NCBI GenBank assembly: GCA_951406725.2
Contig: OX597817.1
Span: 148,986,001 to 149,050,000, forward strand
Direction of reading: 5' to 3'
From: Octopus vulgaris
Taxonomy: Eukaryota
Length of the DNA: 64,000 bases
The position numbers and the translations under genes were made by a program. The notes under the pieces are model-generated. The model was not told where the DNA came from, ran no database searches, and saw only the letters and a program-made list of their open reading frames with translations. Position 1 is the first letter of the stretch. The number at the start of each line of letters is the position of its first letter. Below, in pieces: positions 1-15,261 of the stretch.

Positions 1-9
1 GTTAATTGG

Positions 10-103
10 CCCGCGATGTAGTAAAAGAAGGTATTTCGCAGCGGGACTGAACTCGAACCTGTGGGGTTGCGAAGTGTGCTTGTTTAGCAGGCAGCCATGT
101 TTG
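10..103 (-). mobile_element. SINE family A, degraded 5' tRNA-like head
   Basis: GCAGCGGGACTGAACTCGAACC...CAGCCATG matches the reverse complement of the heads at 16474 and 27433. Confidence 0.55.
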
Positions 104-2894
104 TGACGCACCAAATCTATTTACCAGATATACGTCGACTCTTTCATATTCTCAAATTGCGGTAATTAGTAGAGAATGTGTTACGTTTCAACGTTAAAGG
201 AGGTAAAAACACGATAAGGCCTTTCAGATACAGATGTGTCCAGAACGGAAATATCAAAATCTATCAAAATAAGGTTAAATCTAGTAAATATGAGCGGACA
301 AACTTGGAAATATATCTGATAATGGTTTATATGCATGCATTACTCTTGTAGATAGAAAAGAAATGGCTAAACAAATATTTCTTACCGTCAACTTATCGAT
401 ATAATTTCTCACATAAGGAGAGGGTGATTGAGTGTAAATTTTTTAAGAAAGTGGCTGTTTCCCTAGTTTGGAATTAGGTGTGATTTAAGAGTAATTAATA
501 TGATACCATCTGGTCTACTTGCTCAAATAGTATTATCAATCATTATGGAGAATTTCCATTAAAATCTTCTAATTATCATTCAAATTCACACCGTTTGGTT
601 TGTGTTCGTACCACTTTTCACTGGCTCAAATCCACAAACTTGGTTAAAATCCAATTGCTCTATTTAACAGAAAGAGATTTGTTTGCGTTTATATACATGT
701 TGTGCTAGAGTAGGATATGGTTAATATCTTGCCCTTTCCTCTACACATTCTGTGTCTGCTCTCTGACTGAGCTTTATAATCTGTCTTTGTCAAACGCAAA
801 CTAATGGCTACATCCGGAGCCAGTATGACTACTAATTCACACTCACTCCATGTACACACACTTAAACACATATTGATTCATACACACACACACACACATA
901 TATATACACACTTAGATATGTGTAAATACATACAAGCATACATGCATGAATACACACATTCGCGTGCAAGATATATATCCTGCCTGAACTGTGGTACATC
1001 TTCAATGGTGTATCCTGAACTTATTAGGTAATTCGTGTCTCCCCTTCTTCAGCACTGTAGATCTTGACACGGTAAGTTTTAAACTCATTTTTCCAAGTTA
1101 ACAAGTTTCTCTTGATTTCTGGTATGAACTTCCTTACCCCCAAAGGATTAATGTTGCTGTGATGGTAAGGTCCTCCATAAATGCTGTTTTCAAGGGGTTT
1201 CGCTCACCGGATCTGCTTAAGGGCCTTTTGCATTCTTTGCGGATGATTCGTCTCCTATAGCAAGGGCAGAGTACGTAGAGCCTCTAAATATTTCTTTTCC
1301 AAGCCCATGTGAGTCTAATAATTTTATAAACAGACACCAATAAATGAGAAAATATCAATAATTTAAGAAACAAAGATTCACTGTTTTTGGATAAGATTCC
1401 ACCATGAGGGAAATTTGTGTTCGGGTAGAATGATGTACTACCTGACGGAAAATAAAAGGTTTCTTTTTACAATGGAAGCGACATGACTTTTGGCTAACTT
1501 TGTTTTCAACCAAGAGTAAACACATTCCTTTGACTTGTCATTTTATATTACATAGATGCGCGTGGGCTAGTGGTTAAGGCCACTGTTTCGATTTCAGGAC
1601 AGGACTGTGCTCTGTGTTCTTCACCAAAATACTGACGGAGTGTGTTGAAATCTCAGTCATTTAAATACACGCTCCGGCAAGTTAAGGTCCGGTCTTATGA
1701 TCCTAGGACTTGAGAGAGACCTAAGAAATCACAGTGTAATTTTATATTTGCTGATATAGGAAGACCTCAAAATGTGTTGCACAGAGTGTGGTTCTGTGCA
1801 ACAATCATATATTACGTAAATAGAAGAGAAGTACCGCTGTTTGTTGAGTGTCATTTTGGCTACACCAAACTTTAATGATGTTATTCATATCTTTACTAAA
1901 TTGCAGTCATTCATCTCATTAGAACGGTGAGGTGCTAATTTGCTACGGTTAGGAGACTGTGATGTTTGGAGGGACGAAGACTCTTTGGAGTAAGTCCTGA
2001 AAAGGGTTACTCCTGTTTGTCACAGTGATATGCCTCAGTGATATAAAAATTGTGTTTCAGCCGCTTAAAATGTTTTCTCTTTGCCCATCTGGAAACCGTT
2101 CTAGAAAGTAACAGTTTATTTGTCGCCATACATGCTGTGGTTAAGAATGATAAGCAGTTGGTTCTTTCTCCCATGAAATCAATCTTAGTTCATTTGTTGT
2201 GGTGCCACCGTCAATGTGAATAACTCATATAAAGAAACATTAAAAGGATTAGCTCCAGTAGAGTCCCTACCGGAACTGGTTGTAGGTAGAGAAAATTATA
2301 TATAATCATAGGGCTCGAAAAATACAGGTCTTTGGAAAGTAATTAGGATTTTATATTCCCATGAGTGACACACATTAATAGTTTTATTTAATTATTATTA
2401 ATCAGTCGCGTCTAAATATTCCATCTAATCTGACGAAGCAAATATAACGATAAAACAAGAATACCAAGAGAATCTGTATTACAACATCAGACATTTTGGC
2501 ACCGAGATTGGACAGCATTTGTTGGAAATATTCAGAGACATGTTAAAATTACGTGACCTGATGCGACGTTCACATAAACAGCTTCAGACATAACGACGAA
2601 ATCACTACAAAACAAATATCACTGCAAAATGAAAATAATAAAAAGAATAATAATAAAAAATAAGGGAAAAAAATATATATGATAAAGAAACAAAAAAGAA
2701 ATTAACTTCAACCAAGCTGAAGATTAGTACGAGGCAATAATATTTGCTGTATATACGGATAATTAATGGAGAAAATAGAGCAGATATGCTTCTTGGATAA
2801 TTATTGTAATTATATTTTGAAGCGTTCTCTATAAGCGACCGACCGATGAAAAATTATAAGAACGCTCCTAGCAAATACACATTTCTCGCCGCTC

Positions 2895-2921
2895 AATGGT
2901 TGCAATGAAACTATATATATA

Positions 2922-2960
<39 letters not shown>

Positions 2961-2974
2961 TCATTGCAACCATT
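2895..2974. repeat. Palindrome: 17-bp unique arms around a (TA)n tract
   Basis: AATGGTTGCAATGAAAC-(TA)n-GTTTCATTGCAACCATT; the arms are exact reverse complements. Confidence 0.9.
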
Positions 2975-3027
2975 ATGTTTATACATATAGATAAACACAC
3001 ACATATTTATATAAATATATATAATGT

Positions 3028-3064
<37 letters not shown>

Positions 3065-3585
3065 TAAATACATACATATGTATGTGTGTATATACATACT
3101 TATATAGATACAGTGTCCCTCAATTAAGTTTCTGTTAGGTGTATACGTTGCGTATGTGTTTGTGCATGGAAATACAAGTGTACATAGACGCACAAGACAC
3201 ATACAGATATATAAGCGGGTGTAAATATGAGTGTATATATATATATATATATATGCGTACAAGCCCTACCTCACACACACACACGGATTTATATAAATAT
3301 ATAAATATATAAAATAAATATTTTTAGGTGAGTTTGTATATATTTAGCTACATTTATATCTTTTTGCCATCGTATCTCTCTCCCTCTCACCCCTCTCTCT
3401 CTCTCTGTCTATCTCACTCTCTGTGTATTTATATATATATATATATACATGCATACAGAGAGAGAGAGAGAGAGAGAGGGAGATGCATACACGCTTAGAC
3501 ATAAACGCATCCATATATACATACACGCTTATAAATATGTTTGTGTATATATAAATATATGTATATATGTGTGTATGTGTGAGTA

Positions 3586-3625
<40 letters not shown>

Positions 3626-3929
3626 TGTATGTACTTGTATCTATATGGAAATATGTGTGTGTACATATATATATATATTTATATATATACATACATATAC
3701 ACGTATATATATATGTGTGTGTTTATATGTATATGTATATGTATGTATGTATATTTGTATATGATTAAATACAAGTATACATGCACGGGCATACATGAAA
3801 TCATATCTATATCTAATATGTGTTTGTGTGTGTATGTGTGAGTGTGTAAAATATACTACGCTATATATATATATATATATGCACACATGTATAAATATAT
3901 ATAATATATAAGTTATATATAATACGTAT

Positions 3930-4094
<165 letters not shown>

Positions 4095-5383
4095 TGTATA
4101 CACATACATGCATAAATAAATATATACATACATAAATCCGGCATGCATATTTTGCTCACTTACGATCGTATATGGATTATGCAAATCGCTGAAGGAATCT
4201 GATAATGAACAGTCTAACTATCTAATTTACGCCAATAATCGATTTAAAATCTCTGTTGCAGTGGTTAGCTCTTGTGTTTTGTTTTATCTTGGCTTTCTCT
4301 TTTTGCAAACATAACTACAGTGACAGTGAATTTATCAACGTTGTGAGTATATAATGTATATAATTATACCTGAGTTTAAATACTAATCCTTAAAACTTAT
4401 ACCTATTTTTTTTGTCTTACCTCTTTTTTTTATATTATGTGCGTGTGTGTACGTATTTCGTACTGAACGTGTGGTGCACTCATGAGTAGTTTTCAAGCCT
4501 CTGTTGATACACGTATGCTTCAATAGGTTCCATACGTCATAGATTACATAGATAAAGGATATTTCATTCAATTTCTATTGTTACTTATGTTTAGTTTTGC
4601 ATATTTGTTATACTTTACACTGCTTCAATCAATTTTTGATTATTGTTCTTTCCTATGTGTGAAATATATCTCTATATATATGTATTTCATCCTTCTTTCT
4701 TTTTTCCTGTATACTTACATTACTACTATTAGAATATTCTTCTTAGTCTCTGCCAGCTTTAAGAAGGCGGTTCTTCGATATCGAAGTAACAAGAGGACCG
4801 AGAAACAAAGACAAAATGTAGAAGCCATCTTTCAGAAAACATCAATAATACAGACAACAATTCGTACGAATATAATACAAAAATGAGACTGAAATCGAAT
4901 AATTACACCAGATCACTTGAATGGAGGCGGAATTGAAAGTTTTATAGATATATGGAAAAAGTAAACGGACTAGGAAGAAACAGATCTGTTTCCACAACAA
5001 GGAGGTTTGAATAAGAAAATGCGTTGTGTAAGTGATTGAAATGGGGGGAAGGATTAGGACTTTATCAAATGGAGAGGGGAAAGCACTAGACATTAAGTGA
5101 ATAAAAGACTGTAGAATATGCTGATTGATAAGATGGCGTTGCAAAACAAAGAACACCGTTTTCAACAGCCTCGTATAGATGTGTGCAAAGAAGAACTCCC
5201 CGTAGATTTTTCTGCCAGTATTATTAATGTCTTTTATTCCTCAATGGACCTGGCTGTATGAGAGAATTTTTCACGATCTTCATATTAACAATGCGCATGT
5301 GCATTGCTTGTATACATACTTATGTAAGCACATGTGTCTGTTTGGAAGTAGGTATACCCGCATCTCTCTCTCTCTCTCTCTCT

Positions 5384-5461
<78 letters not shown>

Positions 5462-5898
5462 GTGTTTGTGTTTATGCGTTTGTGTGTACATACACATATG
5501 TGTATATATATGTGTGTGTATATATATATATGTATCTGTGTATGTATATATATATATATATACGTATGTATGTATGCCTATATTTCTTCAGTAGTTCATA
5601 CATCCGAAATAGACACACATTCTTCTCCATAAATATATGGTGGGGGGTATGCTTGTATATGTATATATATATATATACATTGGTATGTATGCATAACTAT
5701 GTGTATATATACATATATATATATATACATATATATATATACACATATATACATGCACATATATATGCGTATGTATTTGCTTATATAAATAGTTGTGCAT
5801 GTGCGGACGGGCGTGTATCTATGTCTAAGAGACAGAGCCTAAGACAGAGAGAGAGAGAGAGCGAGAGAGAGTCAAACAGACAGAGACAAACAGAAAGA

Positions 5899-5939
<41 letters not shown>

Positions 5940-6394
5940 CGGGCAAGTGTTTTCTTTTTCTTTTTGTTGCACTGTAGCCTTGTGTAAATTTCACTTTTCT
6001 TCAAATTGATATATTGAGAATTAGTTTGACTGTCTAAAGAGACATATCTTATTTATTGTTTCTTGTTATCTGCCACTTATAAACAATATCGTGGCTTTAA
6101 CTAGAAGCAAAATTCTAGCATAAATTTATGCTAAAATCTTGTCTGGAAATGTAAGCAAAGAAACTTGCCCCCTAAGCTTTATTTCCATACAGTCAAACAA
6201 TTGTGGCATCTTGGGGAAAAACTATTTTTCATATTTCCATAATCTTAGTATTCTATATCATTACGCTAACATTATTCTGTTAGATACACGCTGTAAGGCT
6301 CTGAGAACAGGATGAATCACCAACACACTATAGTCTAAGAGTGTAATACAGGTGTGTGTATGTGTGTGTGTGTGCATATTCATGTATCCTTATG

Positions 6395-6455
<61 letters not shown>

Positions 6456-6944
6456 ATAAGATAAACGATGGACAAGCAGTTGTTTGTGACATCAAAACAT
6501 TTATGAACACGTTAGATATATATAAGCGTCTAAATTTAATCAAAGCGAAAACAGGAAGACAGGAAGATATTCCATGGTAGGTCTTCGTAAATAGAAAAAT
6601 ATCTGAAGATTTTATAGACAAAAATACAATAGATAAGAAAAGAAAATTAAAGATATCCTTTACAGCTGTTTCAGAGAATCGATGACAAACAGATGCAGTT
6701 AATATAGGTTACAAATACATGTTTATGCTCTAAAATGGTGTTCGTCAATGTATGTAAAGTTATCGAACTCTGCTAGATTTCAAGATGTAACGCTTTTTTT
6801 AAATTTTATTTTGTTCTTGTCTTAGAGGATTTGAAATTGAGTAATTAAACTAATAGAAACCTCACTTCACAATATGAATAATCCCTAAATCAGCATCAGT
6901 TCATCAACCAGTGATGGTCATAGTCTCGTTTGATGTATATTCTA

Positions 6945-6955
6945 ATGATGCTGTC

Positions 6956-7007
<52 letters not shown>

Positions 7008-7231
7008 ATGATGATAATGATGGTGGTGGTGGTGGTGGTGATGATGGTGATGGTAATGTTGGTGATGATGATGATGATGGTGATGGTCATGGTGACGATG
7101 GTGATGGTAATGATAGTGATGGTGATGATGGTAATGGTGATGGTGATGATGATTGTGATAGGGATGGTGATGATGATGATAATGATGGTGATATGGTGAT
7201 ATGGTGATGGAGGTGATGCTGGTGATGGTGG

Positions 7232-7278
<47 letters not shown>

Positions 7279-7340
7279 GTGGTGGTGATGGTAATGGTGG
7301 TGATGATGTTGATGATGATGGCGAGGAAGGTGATGATGAA
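6945..7340. repeat. Compound trinucleotide repeat (GCT)n/(GAT)n/(GGT)n
   Basis: Direct reading; source of the poly-D/H/M ORFs. Confidence 0.95.
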
Positions 7341-7801
7341 TATCACCATCATCATCATAAATATTATAAATGTGCACCAACAGATATACAATCAAAAGCA
7401 TTTAAATTCTCATGATACCACTTCGATTCCCTTGATGACATGCTTATGACTAATATTAGTAAAGGGGCACTTCGTGGCTAACATCGGCAGGGTATAGTTT
7501 GGAGGAGATCTGTCATATTTGTTGGCAATCAAGCGAGCACGAAGAAGCGCCCTCTTTATTCTGTTTTCAGTTGTGATACTTACTAACATCTTATGCGTTC
7601 ACTGAAAATATTTAACACTACGAACATACTGTTCGACCATCATGACAACAGAATATTAACCGGATCTCGATTCCCTCTGGAAGAACCACGCAGTATTATG
7701 AATCTGTTGACAAAAGTGGTGAATTGGTTGTGTCGGTATTTGTTCCGATTATCTGCAATCTAAGTTCAATTCTCGCCCAGGCCATCTTTGCCTTTCCAGA
7801 G

Positions 7802-8237
7802 TTACTCTTTTTTACTCTTTTACTTGTTTCAGTCATTTGACTGTGGCCACGCTGGAGCACCACCTTTGGTCGAGCAGCTCGACCCCAGGACTTATTGTTT
7901 GGATGCTTAGTACTTATTCTATCGGTCTCTTTTGCTGAACCGCCAAGTTGCAGGGACGTAAACACACCATCATCGGTTTTCAAGCGATGGTAGGGGGACA
8001 AACACAGACACACAAACATGTACACACACATACATAGATATGTATATGTATGTATATATATATATGCATGTATACGACGGGATTCTTTCAGTTTCCGTCT
8101 ACCAAATCCACTCACAAGGCTTTGGTCGGCCCGAGGCTATAGTAGAAGACACTCGCCCAAAGTGCTACGCAGTGAGTATGAACCCGAAACCATGTGGTTC
8201 GTAAGCAAGCTACTTACCACACAGTCACTCCTACGCC
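7802..8237 (-). mobile_element. SINE family A, full length (tRNA head, internal microsatellite, CR1-like tail)
   Basis: Minus strand reads GGCGTAGGAGTGACTGTGTGGTAAG (A box)...GGGTTCATACTC (B-box-like)...CAGTCAAATGACTGAAACAAGTAAAAGAG; multiple copies in window. Confidence 0.9.
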
Positions 8238-8473
8238 TATAGTATAATAGTTAAATAAAATACCTGTCAGGATACAGGGGTCGATGATATCGTCTCCTTT
8301 GGGAAATGTTTGCCACTTTTTGTCTAAACTAGTAGCCATTAAGTATCTACTGACATACTTCTTCAATATCTCTCTTACCAAATAACTCTCAATAACCAAC
8401 CATTACACGCAGGGCATTTCCATGTTTATACATCCTGCCATATATTTTCAATTCTATTGCATATTATCTAGTA

Positions 8474-8831
8474 CTAGCAGTATCGCCCGGCGTTGCTCGG
8501 GTTTGTTTCGACCCGCTGGAATTGTAATTTTGAAAAGTAAAAATTTTGTGAACATTTTTCTGGTCGAAATACACCGAAAAGTGGCGACACAGCAGTGAAA
8601 AAATCGTAAAAGATAGGGATTTTCATAGAAAAAAGCATCTTTTTGATATAAATAATTTTTGGTGTTAACATGGTCCGATTTGAATTTTATGTTCTACGGA
8701 AGGAAGAGCAACCCTTCTTCTATCATACTCTCAATTTTGGTCAACTTGCGCCGCAGGGTCTCGGAGGAGATAGTGTTAGTTGAAGGTTACCAAACGTGGC
8801 GCACACAGACAACTTTAGCTTTATATAGAGA
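8474..8831 (-). mobile_element. Non-autonomous Helitron
   Basis: Minus strand: A|TCTCTATATAAAG ... CCCGAGCAACGCCGGG hairpin, CGATACTG-CTAG|T; 5'-TC, 3'-CTAG, A|T target; same 3' end as the 29878 copy. Confidence 0.8.
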
Positions 8832-8898
8832 TAACACACACACATTAATACACATACATAGACACACACACATGTATGTATGGATGTATATATGGGTA

Positions 8899-10740
8899 CT
8901 TGTATCGCAGAGTGGTCCCGGTTGCGCACACGCGGATTCGCGCGTGCGAGCCAGACGTAGGTACTCGATACTCGATCGCCCTTAAATAATTACTTTTTTT
9001 TACAGAAACGCGAACGTATATAACGCGCAAAATTATTCCGTAGAATTTATCAAATTAAATAACGCAAAATTAATATATTTTTTGAAATTGCAAATTATTT
9101 ACAATATAAAAATCTGGCTGCTATTTCTAGGTGCCTGAGTAACAACCTCGCGGATTTACAGATAAATGAATTAATTACTATTTTACAGAATAAAATTAAA
9201 TAATTCTTGAAAATTAATTAATATTAATATTTTTTTAACAAAGTAAATAATTTTTAAAACTTAAATAATAATTTTTTTTACACAAACGCGAACGGGGAAA
9301 AGGGGGTGGCGAATTCGATTTTTTATTTTCGTTGAATGAATTGAATGAATACAAAAAAATGTATAATATATGTTGTACATACCTTAATTTTTTCTTTTTC
9401 ATGACATTGTAGCAAAATAGTAGTGAATTATATAAATACCAGCAGCACATTTTTTTTTCTGGGGTATTTTTTTCAACCTCGTCACATATTTGCCCCTTTC
9501 AATTTAAACAAAGTCTTAATTAAGCAATTACGGCAGCTTAGCAATGGTTTCAATACAGGCGTGATATCTGTATCTCAATTGTTCAAAACCCTTCGAATTT
9601 TTTCGCACGTGATGATATCATAGTGAAAACTTTCAATTACGCGCGCTTAGAAGTACGCTCGCAAATTAATACTACCAAAATTTTGAAGTTCGCGCTCCGC
9701 TTGTGTGTGTGTGTGCGTGCTTTAGGTGTACGTAGGTATGTGTTTTTGCGTGTGTGTGTCACTGAAGCCATACATACATATATACATACATAACCTCTCT
9801 CTCTCTTTTCTCTCTCAGTCACTCACTACAAAAAGTGAATAAAAAAAGTTCAGTTATTTCTGTCTTTCACTCTCTCTGTCTCTTTACACACACTAACAAA
9901 AGCACTTCACTTACACACCACACTTTCTGTGTCGCACAGCCCATCAAACACACACACACACACACACTCACGCACGCACACATGTACATCAATGCTTTCG
10001 GAGTGAAATGTTAAAATATTGAGTTTTCTCGAATTTTGTCTTAATTGGGGGTGAAATTGAAAGAAATTTATGGCATGACCGAATGGAGTACTTTGAAAAA
10101 TCTTAGGTAAACTCTAATTGAAGAAATTGTGTGAGGAGTAAATCGTTATGTATTTATTTGTTTCTGTTTGCTGTGTTTTTTTTTATTTTTTGAGTAGTGG
10201 TTTAAGGTACACTTGCAAAGAAAAGTGGGAGAAATTATGTTGCTAGCATGAGTGATCCGTTTTATAGAAATACTTTCAGTTTAGTCTTCCTCAAATCACT
10301 CTGTCGCTATTTACTCTCTTCCAAGAACATTTTCACTCACTCTTATCTCTTAGCTTGCCATACATTTTACTCATGTATCTATCAACGTGATAGACAGAAA
10401 CAAATATTACATCGCCATCGCCATCGCCATCGCATTCTATTGTCTACCTGTCAACACACACACAGTGAATTACTTTCACTTTATTCGTTGCACACTGTGT
10501 GTGTGCGTGTGCGTGTGGTGTAAACTACATTAAGAAAAGCATTTGACATACACACCAGAATGTGAGTTTTCTGTAAATTTTGCTTAATTGGAGTTTAAAT
10601 TTTAAAAACTGGACCTGGCATGACCCGATGCATTCTACTCTTAAAAATGCTAGGTAAATTGTAATTGAAGAAATCCTATATTGTAGATTTCTATTACTGA
10701 CAAAGGGAGGCAGATAAAATCTGCCTTTTATAATAAGAGA
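8899..10740 (-). mobile_element. Probable second non-autonomous Helitron with internal ~110-bp direct repeats (10020-10127 and 10563-10674)
   Basis: Minus-strand 5' end A|TCTCTTATTATAAAAGGCAG; GC-rich hairpin at 8924-8948 near a degenerate CAAG|T end; left boundary uncertain. Confidence 0.5.
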
Positions 10741-11077
10741 TTCTCATATGTCTACAATTCTGATAATGATTTCTCGGTTTCGAGTAAATTTTTATAACAC
10801 TTATTCAAAATACATACACTTTTCCTAATACCACCTTCTTCAATCAACCTATTATTCTGATAGTTATACTTCTTCGTATATAATATTCAAAACACCGATG
10901 TAAGTAATTCTCTTTGATCACCACTACGGTACCAATTCTCTTTTATCTCAGGTTGGATTTTATATAATTATATCTATCTTCCTATGTTTATGCTATTATA
11001 AACAACGCCAACGTATTGTCTTTTATGCAAATCATTTCCGAAACATGTGTTGCACTCAATAACTGTTTGGATTTTTT

Positions 11078-11109
<32 letters not shown>

Positions 11110-13062
11110 TATATCTGATATTTCCTTTTAATTTCCCTTAATGCTTTCGTTTTCACAGTCTGTTTTGCATACGAACGATGTAATATGTTTTCATGTTATC
11201 TGTATTTCAGTTAAACAAGTCATACGTTCTTTCCATTTGTTAAATAAATAATTCGCACTAGATGTTGCTTCCATCTCAGCTTTTCTCTCGTCTGTTGCTA
11301 TAGATTTCTCAACCTTATCTTTAGACGTTTATTACCTTTTTCTCCATCCGCTCAAACATGATCATCCTTCATATTTTTTTATCAACAAACACCACCTATA
11401 CTCCCTTTTAATAAAACAGGGTTTTTGTAACTATTACCTTCTTCGTCGATTTAATTCTCAGTCATTCACATTTCGAGTACATTTTCTATGGAAATTATTT
11501 ATATCTGAGGATGTGCAACTGGTACTGTCTCTCTCTTGAGCATGGTACTCAGAGAAAGAGACAATCATAGCGACCGCAAATAAAGCGATAATATTAAAAA
11601 CTAATACACTGTTGCATACACCCAGGGAATGTAAAAGCAATGATTCTATGACTAGATTTGTGGCAGGTGTAAACGAAGTAAAACCTTTCAACCAGAACAT
11701 GGAAGAGCACCATCATTGACAGGTACATTTCCTGATATCCGTATGCCAAAAGTTTGGCTATTTTACGAGACAAAGAAATATTAAATATAAAAACAGAATA
11801 GCTATACTTATTGTGAGTTTCGTGAAAACGAAAAGGAACAGAGAGAAAAAGGTGCAATGGCAGTTGGAAGTACTGAAGTGACGAAAATGAAAAGAAACAT
11901 ATATAAAGTGTGGTGGAGTGAAAGAGAGAAAATGGAATGAATGTGTTGTGTGCATAATGGACATATGTGAAAAGCAGGTTAGTGTAGAGAAAAGAAAGCA
12001 AAGTTAATATAAAAATTAGATAAAAATGGAAATGAAATACGAGAATAAAGTGGGAAATGAGCAAATGGAAGAGAAAGGAAATATAAAAAGATGCAAATTA
12101 AAAGAAAACAAGATAAATACATGAGGAGAAGATGGAGTAGAAGTGAAGGGAAATGTAGAAGTAACTCAAATGAAGGAGCAAAGAAATTTGGAGACAGAGA
12201 GGCTGGGAGAGCGAAAAATTGAATCTGAATAATGGAGAGAAATCGGACTCTAAAAAAACTAACACCGGAGAGCAAATAAATGTATAAAGCCAATAATATA
12301 GCTTAAAATATAAATTAATGGCACAAAATGTTCAGAAATTAAGACGAGAAAATGAAAGTGGGAGAAAATATGGTAAGATCTACGCTGTTCATATGTTGTT
12401 TTTCTCAATGAAAGTTGGGACCAATCGTTATATGAAATTTTGAAATGCTTAATATTGCTACAATACTTGCTATTTAATGAAGTGTTCTTAATTTCAAAAC
12501 ACAGAGACCAATAGTAACATATAAAGTATTAGTATTTATTATGTCAACATCTATATTCTGCCAAAATCTGTCACACAACAAATCTTCTAATCTCTTTTGC
12601 AAGCATTTATTGATTACAGGTAAGTTCTTACTTAAGCAGTGGGAATGCTTTTGGTTAGTAATAACAGCAGCAGCAGTAGCAGCAGCATAACACTAGTTCT
12701 TCCCTATTCACTCGCTGATACACATGAAAATGCTGTCAAAACGATTTAGAAAATGGTATAGCAAATACGATGCTTTGTTGCAAAGCTGTTCGAAATCTTA
12801 TATAGCTTTTGGTGGTGACACTATAGAGTCTTATATTTCTACATTCGCTTTCCACGAACATTGAGCATGGGTTTTCTCACCTTGCATATTAATGTGTAGA
12901 TTGACACACTTTTATTTATGTATTTTCAAGGTGTATCGAATGTTACCATATCAAATTGCTGAAGTGCATTTGAATATATAATTGTATGAGCTTGTGTGTG
13001 CGTGTTTATTAATAAGTGCGTTATATTGTGATCGTGATAATGTACGGATACATTCATATGTA

Positions 13063-13122
<60 letters not shown>

Positions 13123-14023
13123 ATATAATATATATATATAAATACACACATATATATATACGCGCTTGTGTACATGTGCATTTTTGCCTGTTAAATCCTG
13201 TATAAGTTGTGAAGTACAAATGTGAGTTTGGTTCTACATGTATATATACTCATATACTCATGTGTGCGCGTATGTGTTAAATCACGTACAAAAGTATGTA
13301 TGTGCAAGAGTTCATGTCTGTATATTTGCATGTATATATATCTATTTATACATATATAATGGTACATGTACGTGTGTGTATGTGTGTGGGTGTGTGTGTG
13401 TGTCTATTTGTATGTGTTTGTGTATATGTGTCCTATAGGCGTGATCTTTTTCGAAGACGAACAACTTTGCCACCGAGGATAATCCATCATTTTTGATAGA
13501 CCCTAAAGTGATAAATTATTGTGACTTCAATTACTACAATCACAGTGTAAGATGGATTGTAACTTTACACGAGAATTTATAAAAGTCCAGCCGTAGTCTT
13601 GGAATGATATTTCTGACAGCGTTTTTTAGCTTAACCTCATTAAACGCTGTGAAATGATTGGATTAGCCGAGCTTAGCTAGGAGCTGAGATCTAACCTTAC
13701 AAACTTTGCTCTGGGATTCGATGTTTTAATGAATTAATATACATCAATTTTAACAAAAGTGTGTTGTATTATTTTGCTTCTCGTGATGGCGGATTTTTTT
13801 TCACACCACCTGAATGTAATGTTAGCATTCGAACGACAGATGAAGACGGAGAAACTAATATTTCACCTAAGAGACTTCAGGTTAATCTTTCTCAGTAAAA
13901 GAAAACAGGAAATAATCCAAAATTCCAATAAGTATGGTATTTCCTCGACTGCTTGCTTACCTTTTCTAACGCATGCAATTGTTTGAAACAAAACATGAAC
14001 GGTTTATATGTCATACGCATGTG

Positions 14024-14091
<68 letters not shown>

Positions 14092-14092
<1 letters not shown>

Positions 14093-14298
14093 TAAAGAAG
14101 AGTTGTAAGATACTGCACGAGTGGAAATATATATGACAGAAGGTTTGAAAATGCAATTTTAAAAATGTTTATTCACTTGACCGGTTTCACTTTTTTAAAA
14201 AAAAGTTTGTGTAAAGTAACTTTTTCTAAAAAAAAGTGAAACCGGTCAAGTGAATAAACATTTTTAAAATTGCATTTTCAAACATTCTTTCATATATA
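14092..14298. mobile_element. Fold-back element in (TA)n, ~80-bp arms, PLE pLTR-like
   Basis: 14128-14207 is the near-exact reverse complement of 14218-14298; the arms contain GAAACCGGTC followed by AATAAA. Confidence 0.8.
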
Positions 14299-14390
14299 TA
14301 TATATACATATACATACAAGCATACCAACATATACATATAAATGCATGTGTGTATGTCAGTGTCTTTGTCTGTGTGCGTGAGTGTGTGTA

Positions 14391-14431
<41 letters not shown>

Positions 14432-14452
14432 TTATATATATTCATGTATGCG

Positions 14453-14484
<32 letters not shown>

Positions 14485-14626
14485 TACAAGGACAGAGACA
14501 GATTGAGAGGCTGGGATGATAATGCAAATAAACAGATAAAACATCTCGGGCTAGATATACAAAATATATATAACAAAGATTAGAAAGACAGAGAAAATTA
14601 AGGGGGAAAGGTATGGTATTACAGGT

Positions 14627-14756
14627 CTGACAGCTGTTTCTGGAGACTATAAGGTACTTCAAAATGTGAGCAGACGTACCTGGCATAAAGTCAAGGACTT
14701 GCAACCAATAGTGGAAGCATATAAACATTAGGTAGATCCGGCCTCCATCTTCATAG
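14627..14756 (-). ncRNA. Hammerhead-like motif with long loop II and one core mismatch
   Basis: Minus: ct-ATGAAGA-TGGAG...CTCCA-GAA-ACAGCTGT-C-ag; C3 replaced by A; stem I only 2 bp. Confidence 0.5.
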
Positions 14757-14871
14757 TGGAGAGATAAGCATGTAACATTTTGAATCATAATGCAGGGATA
14801 CATTGTATTACAGGCGTATGTAACTGGATACACAGACAAATACAAGCAAACGCTTATATATACACATATAT

Positions 14872-14992
<121 letters not shown>

Positions 14993-15261
14993 GTCTGGGA
15001 AAAGTCATCCTCTTTTAGTGACTTATAATTTAACACACACACCGGTAAAATTTCCACTTATTTCTTTTTTTATTTTTCTAAAAATGTTGTTGCGACTCTA
15101 CCAGACACAACAGAATGTACTTCAACACACGCACTCACATAAAGAATCTTGCAAGCCAAATACAAAACCCGATATGTGTGTATGTGTGTGTGTGTGTGTG
15201 TGCGCGTGTGTGCGTATGTGTTTGTGTGTGTGTATATATTTGTATATACATATATTCTTTT

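Noticed and set aside
6911-7449. Poly-His/Asp/Gly/Met ORFs resembling low-complexity structural proteins
   Set aside because: Open in several frames on both strands because of trinucleotide repeats; no unique coding flanks or convincing splice sites.
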